A DNA stretch of 64,000 nucleotides from an uncultured virus (IMG/VR IMGVR_UViG_3300028833_000145). Its lineage: Duplodnaviria > Heunggongvirae > Uroviricota > Caudoviricetes. Where the stretch lies: IMG/VR virus record IMGVR_UViG_3300028833_000145. The stretch is one strand, 5' to 3'. Both the position numbers and the translations under genes were made by a program. A model generated the notes under the pieces. The model was not told the origin of the DNA. It made no database searches and saw only the letters and a program-made list of their open reading frames with translations. Below are positions 56,135 to 62,680 of the stretch, piece after piece (position 1 is the stretch's first letter; every line of letters starts with the position of its first letter).

Positions 56135-56338
56135 ATGCCAGAGACCTGTATCTACAAACTTGACTACCAGCATCACTCAAGCTTTTCATTTGCTTGGGAT
56201 GAAATGCATGCAACTGAGATAGTTGAAGCACCCAAGAACATTGGCTTCAGAGAGCTTGAGACTCTATGCCATCAGAAGATTCCTGGATTCTGGGCTTTGA
56301 ACAATTTCGAGGAAGTCTATATTCGGAAGCTTGTGTGA
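56135..56338 (+). CDS. Small hypothetical protein
   Basis: Promoter plus AAGGA. Confidence 0.55.
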   Translation: MPETCIYKLDYQHHSSFSFAWDEMHATEIVEAPKNIGFRELETLCHQKIPGFWALNNFEEVYIRKLV

Positions 56339-56361
56339 CCAACAAAGAGGAGAAACATCGT

Positions 56362-56453
56362 TGGTTGGGGAGCTGGGATTCGAACCCAGACCGACGGCTT
56401 CAGAGGCCAAAGGGTTTTAGAGACCCTCGTGCTAACCACTACACTACTCCCCA
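56362..56453 (-). tRNA. Amber suppressor tRNA (anticodon CUA) with Gln-type acceptor stem and an extra anticodon-like arm carrying CUG
   Basis: TGGGGAG TA GTGT-AGTGGTTA-GCAC G AGGGT-CTCTAAA-ACCCT TTGGC-CTCTGAA-GCCGT CGGT CTGGG-TTCGAAT-CCCAG CTCCCCA A CCA. Confidence 0.92.
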
Positions 56454-56465
56454 ATCAGAGATTCA

Positions 56466-56473
56466 TATTTATA
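56466..56473 (-). promoter_or_regulatory. T4-late-type promoter TATAAATA upstream of the tRNA
   Basis: Plus strand TATTTATA, 12 nt before tRNA position 1. Confidence 0.55.
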
Positions 56474-56536
56474 TTTTATTGGAAGTGCTTAGAATCTTAG
56501 TTGCCAAAGTTGCTTTGCTTTGATATAATTCTGAGC

Positions 56537-56818
56537 ATGGAAAGCAACAACACAACCACTAAGATGAAGATTGTCCTTGCAAAGAAGCCTAGCAGCACTG
56601 AGTTCTGTGTCTGTGACTATAGCACCTTGAAAGTGCTTGATGTCTTTGATCTCAGCAAGCTCACTCTTCCACAATGCGTCAACATGCTCAAAGACCACTA
56701 TGAGATTGCTGGATTCCTCAGCCATGGAATGATCATTCCTCTAGTTGGCCTCATTCCTAGCCATGAAGACAAGCGAATCGAAGATGTGCATGAGCGCTTA
56801 GCTAAAGTTGCAGCTTGA
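56537..56818 (+). CDS. Hypothetical protein
   Basis: ORF after a promoter. Confidence 0.6.
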   Translation: MESNNTTTKMKIVLAKKPSSTEFCVCDYSTLKVLDVFDLSKLTLPQCVNMLKDHYEIAGFLSHGMIIPLVGLIPSHEDKRIEDVHERLAKVAA

Positions 56819-56840
56819 GAAAAAGAAGGAGATTGGAAAG

Positions 56841-57113
56841 ATGGCTAGAAATGACAAAGAGCAGCTCTTCGACTGCATGATCACTTGTGGTGAGCTTGAC
56901 CCTGAGTGGTATGGCCACTACAAGAAAGACACTGTCATCCGAGAAGTGGCTAAGCACAATGTCACTGCAGAGGAAGCTAAGGCATGGCATGGCTCAGCTG
57001 AGTGCATGAAGCGTGTGCAGGAGCTTGAGGACCTTGGACGAGAGAAGTTTGGCAAAGACCACTGGATGAAGTGGAGTGTGAGCTACTTCTGGACAACTGC
57101 AGCGAAAGATTAG
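56841..57113 (+). CDS. Hypothetical protein (ends at TAG; TGA two codons later)
   Basis: RBS AAGGAG. Confidence 0.6.
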   Translation: MARNDKEQLFDCMITCGELDPEWYGHYKKDTVIREVAKHNVTAEEAKAWHGSAECMKRVQELEDLGREKFGKDHWMKWSVSYFWTTAAKD

Positions 57114-57184
57114 TCTTGAGGTTGCCACAGCCTCAGCCTTTTGATATAATTCTGAATGTCAATTGACCACTGAGGAGAGAACAA

Positions 57185-57361
57185 ATGCCATACCCATCTG
57201 ACCTCGACAACTTCAAAGCTAAAGCTCATGCTGAGTCTATCAAGCTTGCGAATTCAGCTGGAAGCCAACTTCAACTCTTGATTGAAGAGCAGTTAGTTGC
57301 AGCTTATGTTGCTGGCTACAAGCAGTGCGAAGAAGACTATCCACATCGGACTATGGACTGA
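57185..57361 (+). CDS. Small hypothetical protein (58 aa)
   Basis: Promoter plus GAGGAG. Confidence 0.55.
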   Translation: MPYPSDLDNFKAKAHAESIKLANSAGSQLQLLIEEQLVAAYVAGYKQCEEDYPHRTMD

Positions 57362-57393
57362 AGATCAGTGTAGCAATTGGTGAGGAGAAATAG

Positions 57394-57876
57394 ATGAGAA
57401 ACTTCACTGCTAGCCAGACTCGTGAATATGAGAAGTCAAACTCACTTGACAGGATTCCTTGTCTAGAAGGTCTAGACACTGGCTGCAAGGCTGAGATCCT
57501 AGAAGGTGCTTCGGATGCAGTCTCTAGGACTAGAGTTGGCCAGAAGTTCATTGACTGTGTGTGCAAGAAGGCTGGAGTTCCTTCTGTCATGCTTTGGGTC
57601 AAAGATCAAAGCCAGCTTCATCGAGATGACAAAGCTCTTGGAACTCTGAAGCAGAAGACGCTTGGCCGCTATTGGCATGCTGGAAGCAATGGAAAGAAGA
57701 TTGAGATCTGGAATCTGACAGCCAAACGTGGGAAGGTTGTAGCAGCCAAGACATTCTGGAACACTCTCTGCCATGAGCTCTGCCATCACCTTGACTGTGC
57801 AAAGCTAGGACTGGCAAGTTCATTCCACTGTGCCGGATTCTACAAGCGAATCTCATTTCTTGAGTCCCTTGGATGA
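57394..57876 (+). CDS. SprT/WLM-like HExxH metallopeptidase
   Basis: TLGRY..TLCHELCHH..HCAGFY. Confidence 0.7.
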   Translation: MRNFTASQTREYEKSNSLDRIPCLEGLDTGCKAEILEGASDAVSRTRVGQKFIDCVCKKAGVPSVMLWVKDQSQLHRDDKALGTLKQKTLGRYWHAGSNGKKIEIWNLTAKRGKVVAAKTFWNTLCHELCHHLDCAKLGLASSFHCAGFYKRISFLESLG

Positions 57877-57953
57877 CTCGAGTGGTGATTCCAAGTTGCC
57901 AAGCTCAAGTGCATTTGATATAATTCCGGCATCAACCACTAAGGAGAAACCAA

Positions 57954-58106
57954 ATGAAAAACTATCTCACAACCTATCTCAATCCAAAAACTAACACCAC
58001 AGTCACAAAGACTTATTCTAACATCTCTCCAGAGACCCTCCAAAAGTACATCTCACTCTACACTTCGCTCTCTGGATTCCAGTTTGTGTCTTCTGCTGAA
58101 ATCTGA
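57954..58106 (+). CDS. Small hypothetical protein (50 aa)
   Basis: Promoter plus AAGGAG. Confidence 0.5.
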   Translation: MKNYLTTYLNPKTNTTVTKTYSNISPETLQKYISLYTSLSGFQFVSSAEI

Positions 58107-58249
58107 TTCACACTGCCTATCTCACCTTTCCTTTCTAATCCTCAGTCTCTCTGGGGATTTTTCATTTCATCTTCTTGCATAGTTGCCAAGATTTCTATAG
58201 CTTGATATAATGACAACATAACCACCACAAAGTGAAAGGAAACAAACAA

Positions 58250-58495
58250 ATGAAGAAGCTCTTGATCCTGCCGATTCTTGCACTTGGTCTTGCTGGGTGT
58301 GGAAATCTTGACATGTTTGACACCAACTTCACTTACCACTATGCTTTGACAAAGTGGCCTGATGGGACAACAAAGAAGATTGAGATCAAGCAGTGGTGTG
58401 ACTATGAAGGTGAGCAGATCCAGATCATCTCTCCAGATGGGAACATCTATCTGCTGTCAATGAACAACACTGTTCTTGTCCGTGAAGGAAAGTGA
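58250..58495 (+). CDS. Lipoprotein
   Basis: MKKLLILPILALGLAG-C lipobox. Confidence 0.75.
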   Translation: MKKLLILPILALGLAGCGNLDMFDTNFTYHYALTKWPDGTTKKIEIKQWCDYEGEQIQIISPDGNIYLLSMNNTVLVREGK

Positions 58496-58496
58496 C

Positions 58497-58637
58497 ATGG
58501 AGACAATCCAAATCTCTGGACAGTGGTATGCAATCCGCTGGGAAGATGACTCTAAGACAAAGTTCCAGATTGTTGCTGGACCATTTGCCGAAGAGCATTG
58601 GGCAAGAAGCATGGCTCGCTTGAATGAGCTTGACTGA
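58497..58637 (+). CDS. Small hypothetical protein
   Basis: 46-aa ORF abutting the upstream stop. Confidence 0.45.
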   Translation: METIQISGQWYAIRWEDDSKTKFQIVAGPFAEEHWARSMARLNELD

Positions 58638-58657
58638 ATTCAGAAAGAGAGGAAACT

Positions 58658-58819
58658 ATGGAGACTTGGGAGATGCGTCAACGTCGCTTGAGAGCTGAAG
58701 CTAAGAGAGCAAAGATCAAGAGAGCAATTGGTGATGTCTTTGGCTCAGCAGCATTCTTTGGAATGCTATTTGTCTTCTGCTGGCTTTGCTGTGCAGCTAG
58801 CGGATATCATTGGGAGTGA
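58658..58819 (+). CDS. Small membrane protein
   Basis: GAGGA RBS; C-terminal TM helix. Confidence 0.5.
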   Translation: METWEMRQRRLRAEAKRAKIKRAIGDVFGSAAFFGMLFVFCWLCCAASGYHWE

Positions 58820-58899
58820 GAATCAAAGTTGCCAAGTTGCAAGACTTTTGATATGATATAATGAGTGCACAACCAAATGGATGAAAGGAAATGATTTAG

Positions 58900-59214
58900 A
58901 TGAAAGCTGAAACAACTTTGACTGATGCTGAATGGGAAGAGAAGTTCAATAGCCCTCGCAACCAGCTTCTCAAAGAGATATTTGGTGACACTCCTTGCCA
59001 AGTGAAAGACATCTCACCTAAAGTGGTCATCAAAGATGAGAATTGGGACAGAGGAAATGACTTCATGGTGAATGGACGTCCTCGAATCCACAAGAACTCA
59101 AACTCTGATCTTTGCTCGGTTGCACGTTGGAATGACCAGATGCGATCAACTGGAAAGATTGTCAGCCAGATGAAAGATGAGCCAGCTGAAGTCTCTAAGC
59201 TGGAGAACCGATGA
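58900..59214 (+). CDS. Hypothetical protein
   Basis: Promoter plus AAAGGA. Confidence 0.6.
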   Translation: MKAETTLTDAEWEEKFNSPRNQLLKEIFGDTPCQVKDISPKVVIKDENWDRGNDFMVNGRPRIHKNSNSDLCSVARWNDQMRSTGKIVSQMKDEPAEVSKLENR

Positions 59215-59461
59215 TTTGAGAGGTCACTCTCTCCAGAGAGGCAGAAGAAAGGAAGTTGATTTCATCCGAGCTGCAGGAAAGAAATGCAGCAAGTGGTTGG
59301 ATGATGGTAGGAAGCATGAGAGTGGGTGGTTCCCTCTCTAGCCTGCGAAGCTATGGGTCTCCTTTCCCCTTTCCGTAGCAGGCTATGATTTTCTATAGAC
59401 AACTCAAGCTTTCTAGATTGCCTAAGTGATCTAGCTTGATATAATTCTTAGCGTGACAACC

Positions 59462-59974
59462 ATGACAATGGATGAGTTGAGGTCTTTAGCAAGACGTGAT
59501 GAGATTCTCTCAAAAGAAGAATCTTTCTCCATGACCGTTGAAGATCTCTATTGGTACTCTCACTTCAGGAAGAAGTGGCTTGAGAAGCTGAATAGAGAAG
59601 AAACACCAAGCGAAGAAGACTTGCTCCCGGTCCTCAAGATTCTAGATGATGGATCTCTTGAAGTCAAGATCAAAGGCACTAGCAAGTACTACCATGTCAC
59701 TGCACATGCTGTCAAGCGATTCAAAGAGAGAACTGATGCACTTCAGCACCATGATCCTCTGAAGTATCTAGCTAAAGAGCTTCGAGATGCTATGCCTGCT
59801 AAGCTTGCTAATGCTAAAGGGCAAGTTCTGGCCCTTCTCAACCACAACTTAGAGCATGCCAGATACATGCTTGGACGACGAACTAAGGTCATTTGGGTTC
59901 TCGTTGGAGATGTTGTCAAGACCTGCCACATGAATGAGAGCAAGAGGTATGTTGCCATAGTTGAGAAGTCTTGA
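59462..59974 (+). CDS. Hypothetical protein (T.HA..RF.ER motif)
   Basis: VTAHAVKRFKER resembles a motif common in small phage nuclease-like domains. Confidence 0.6.
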   Translation: MTMDELRSLARRDEILSKEESFSMTVEDLYWYSHFRKKWLEKLNREETPSEEDLLPVLKILDDGSLEVKIKGTSKYYHVTAHAVKRFKERTDALQHHDPLKYLAKELRDAMPAKLANAKGQVLALLNHNLEHARYMLGRRTKVIWVLVGDVVKTCHMNESKRYVAIVEKS

Positions 59975-59990
59975 TATAATTCTGCTTGCT

Positions 59991-60305
59991 ATGAAGATTG
60001 AAGTTCTGCCAAACAACTTGAACGAGAAGACTCGTGGACAACATGTCAAGGAAGAGAAGTTGAGAAGCATTCTCAGTGAATCCATCCAGAAGATTGTTGT
60101 CAACAAGTGTGTCAATGGTGCTGAAGCTGATTCAACAATGAACAGTCTCATGACTTTGATCATGGCTTGCCAGATGCTCTGGAATGAGCTTGAAGATGTG
60201 AAAGAAGAGCTTGCTAAAGCTAGAGCTGATGTTGATGATGCCTTTGAGCGTGGCTACAACACTGGAAGTCTTGAGACGGAGCATTCAATGCAAGAGAATG
60301 CTTGA
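59991..60305 (+). CDS. Hypothetical coiled-coil protein
   Basis: ORF after a promoter. Confidence 0.6.
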   Translation: MKIEVLPNNLNEKTRGQHVKEEKLRSILSESIQKIVVNKCVNGAEADSTMNSLMTLIMACQMLWNELEDVKEELAKARADVDDAFERGYNTGSLETEHSMQENA

Positions 60306-60409
60306 GTGGCTTGGTTGCCAAAGCTTGATAGCTTTGATATAATTCCAAGTGTTCCGAGAACTAAACCAACTCGAAACAAAAAACCAAACCACAAACGAAA
60401 GGAAATCAA

Positions 60410-60898
60410 ATGAAATACATCCACACAACCGCTTCAACCACCTACACAACCAAAGGTTGGAAGAAATCCAAGGATGGTTCGCTCTACAAGCCTTGCAAAG
60501 ATTCTAAAGCCGCTTACCAAAAAGAAATTGACCAAACTCTCTTCTCAAAGAAAGTCAAGGTCGAAGATCTTCCTCAAGCCACTTGGTTCCTCGGAGGCTG
60601 CGACTGTCCTAATGACTTGATCAAGCACAAAATCTCAGACATCATCTATCGCTTGGTCCGGATACTCGAAGAAAACCAGAAGCTTGAGTCTCAGAACAAG
60701 AAAGCTACAGTCAACATCAACTGGCTCGAAGAAGCAAAAGATAATCTCGAGAAAGTTCTTGGAATTGCAATTCTCTACAATCGCTACAACACCACCTATG
60801 GCGATTTCTTCTCTGGCTCGGATCGCGACTCAAAGCTTATCTCTAAGCTCAAAACCGAATTAGTCGACTCACTCAAACGCTATGGCTTAAAGGTCTAA
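60410..60898 (+). CDS. Hypothetical protein
   Basis: Promoter, A/C-rich leader, AAAGGA RBS. Confidence 0.65.
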   Translation: MKYIHTTASTTYTTKGWKKSKDGSLYKPCKDSKAAYQKEIDQTLFSKKVKVEDLPQATWFLGGCDCPNDLIKHKISDIIYRLVRILEENQKLESQNKKATVNINWLEEAKDNLEKVLGIAILYNRYNTTYGDFFSGSDRDSKLISKLKTELVDSLKRYGLKV

Positions 60899-60920
60899 GC
60901 CAATCATTCATATAAATCCG

Positions 60921-60952
60921 AAATCCCTAGGTCTCAACCACCTAGGGATTTT
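60921..60952. terminator. Intrinsic terminator
   Basis: AAATCCCTAGG-N9-CCTAGGGATTTT between convergent genes. Confidence 0.75.
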
Positions 60953-60981
60953 CAGCAGCCTCAAGCTTTCAGCTGTGGTTC

Positions 60982-61503
60982 TCAGCTATCTTTCTTATCT
61001 TCTTTGTCTTCCTTGACAGCCTCATACTTGATGAAGTTCTCTTTTCTGAAAGAGCGAAATCCCTTAGCCTCAAGATCCCAGTAGACGATTATTGTTGGTG
61101 GGACGAAGTGCTTCTTCTTGCCATCCTCAACTTTCTTGTCAGTAGCCTTAGCTCCATCCATCAGGTCGGCCTTCAGAGTTCCGACAGCCTCACGTGTTGA
61201 GCCATCAACTTTCTTGAAAGAGAACTTGACCTTGCCAGCTTTCAGAGCCTCAAGAAACTTCTTCTCTACAGCCTCAGACATTGACTCATTCATTCTGCTG
61301 TCAAGATACACATTGTCCTCAACTTCATATCCTCTCTCTTCTGCAAAGTCTCGCATCTCTTCACCAAACTTCTCAGGATCTTGCATTGAGCTGTGCTTTG
61401 AGAGAAACTCTTCAGTCATCTTCTTGAGCTCTGGATCTTTTCCGCTGTACTTAGGACCTTCTTTCAGGCCATCCCACACAATTGAGCACACTTTTCTTGC
61501 CAT
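60982..61503 (-). CDS. WYL_2/SH3-fold phage protein
   Basis: VKFSFKKVDGSTREAVGTL..YWDLEAKGFRSFR. Confidence 0.7.
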   Translation of the reverse strand: MARKVCSIVWDGLKEGPKYSGKDPELKKMTEEFLSKHSSMQDPEKFGEEMRDFAEERGYEVEDNVYLDSRMNESMSEAVEKKFLEALKAGKVKFSFKKVDGSTREAVGTLKADLMDGAKATDKKVEDGKKKHFVPPTIIVYWDLEAKGFRSFRKENFIKYEAVKEDKEDKKDS

Positions 61504-61589
61504 ATCTTAGTCTTTCATTGTTGTTTCTGTTATTTACCCCTAGAGTCTAGTTGCCAAGGCCACTTGCTCTTGATAGAATATCTAGCATC

Positions 61590-61856
61590 ATGAGTCGCTC
61601 TTATCGAAAGTACAAAGGCTTGAACCACACTTGGTCTGATACAAAGCAAGGCAAAGCCATCAAGAAGATCTCGCATCGCCAGATTCGAGCCAAAGCTAAA
61701 GCATCAGAAGATGGAGTTGAGCTTGCAAAGAAGTGTGCTCGAGGAAACCGCTATGATGGCAAGTCCTTCTCCGAATCTGACTATGAATACATGGCTTCCA
61801 AGAGATCTCATGGCTACTCTCCAAAGCGGGTCAAGCATAGGCTTCTAGGGAAGTGA
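61590..61856 (+). CDS. Small basic protein
   Basis: MSRSYRK start; K/R-rich. Confidence 0.6.
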   Translation: MSRSYRKYKGLNHTWSDTKQGKAIKKISHRQIRAKAKASEDGVELAKKCARGNRYDGKSFSESDYEYMASKRSHGYSPKRVKHRLLGK

Positions 61857-61911
61857 TTGCCAAATTCTTAGGTTTTTGATATAATGTTAGCTGAAAGGAC
61901 AACAAAGACCT

Positions 61912-62619
61912 ATGGCTAGATTTTGGACAAGTGATTTCCATCTGAACAGCACAGCAATCATCCAATATGCTGGGCGGCCTTTCAAGTCTGGGATGAAGAT
62001 GGCCGAAGCTTATGTGCGGTCTTGCAACCAGCAAGCTAGAGATCCTAATGACATGATAATCCATGTTGGTGACTTCTACTTGAAAGGCAAGGATCGCCAT
62101 GGCATTGGTGATGAAGGTCTCAAGATTCCTGCCAAGGAGTGGCTGAGCAAGATAAATGCTCAGGTGTTTCTGATTGAAGGAAACCATGATGACTCTAACA
62201 TTGGCCACACCCATGCCAAGCAGCTGATTCTTGACCTTGGACCTTTCAAGAACACTTCAGTGTCACATTATCCTTCTACTGACAAGGGAACTTGGACATT
62301 GAAAGGCTTTGACAAGGAGCATCTCCACATCCATCTCTGTGGTCATGTCCATGAGAAGTGGAAATGGAAGCTTGATCTCCAAGACAAGTTTGTGCTGAAC
62401 ATCAATGTTGGTGTTGACCAGTGGAAGCAGCAGATAGTGTCAGAGAAGAAGTTGATTGGCTATATCAGTTCACTTCTCCACTCTCAGGAGCTCAGAGATC
62501 AGCTCTATCCTGAAGCTGCAGCTCTTGCTAAGAGCATGGCTCCGTGTCTGCCTAGCAAATGGGGTGATGATCCTGCTGAGATGACCTGGACTCCTGGCGA
62601 GCCAAGTGAGAAGTGGTGA
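61912..62619 (+). CDS. Calcineurin-like metallophosphoesterase (paralog of 20738-21379)
   Basis: DFH, HVGD, GNHD, GHVH, NVGVD. Confidence 0.85.
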   Translation: MARFWTSDFHLNSTAIIQYAGRPFKSGMKMAEAYVRSCNQQARDPNDMIIHVGDFYLKGKDRHGIGDEGLKIPAKEWLSKINAQVFLIEGNHDDSNIGHTHAKQLILDLGPFKNTSVSHYPSTDKGTWTLKGFDKEHLHIHLCGHVHEKWKWKLDLQDKFVLNINVGVDQWKQQIVSEKKLIGYISSLLHSQELRDQLYPEAAALAKSMAPCLPSKWGDDPAEMTWTPGEPSEKW

Positions 62620-62680
62620 TAGGTTGCCAAGACCTCATTGCTTTGATATAATTCTGTGCGTAAATAGGAGATGAACAGCT

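Larger units (their letters stand above)
10258..61537. promoter_or_regulatory. Dispersed late-promoter-like motif GTAA(A/G)TA
   Basis: Minus strand: 10258, 19388, 20176, 28770, 30186, 32593, 33812, 43099, 53874, 61531. Plus strand: 10868, 28793, 33826, 38907, 52947. Each lies 5-75 nt upstream of the first gene of a unit, on the matching strand. Confidence 0.7.
50388..62654. promoter_or_regulatory. Array of 25 early sigma70-type promoters, consensus TTGCCA-N14-TGATATAAT
   Basis: Plus-strand -35 starts: 51654, 52357, 52772, 53893, 54408, 54775, 54989, 55272, 55866, 56075, 56501, 57122, 57896, 58183, 58829, 59418, 59952, 60315, 61551, 61857, 62624. Minus strand: 50417, 50869, 51105, 51608. Each lies just upstream of an ORF. 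Confidence 0.9.

Noticed and set aside
56362..56453. tRNA-Pyl, tRNA-Sec or a Ser/Leu/Tyr-type suppressor
   Set aside because: The acceptor stem is 7 bp and Gln-like (U1-A72, G2-C71, G3-C70), tRNA-Pyl has a very short variable loop, and protein alignments indicate Gln at TAG. Charging identity remains untested.
50388..62654. CRISPR array or integron attC sites in the repeated intergenic motif
   Set aside because: Conserved parts are -35/-10 hexamers with a 17-bp variable spacer; no palindromic attC structure, and no integrase or cas gene in the window.
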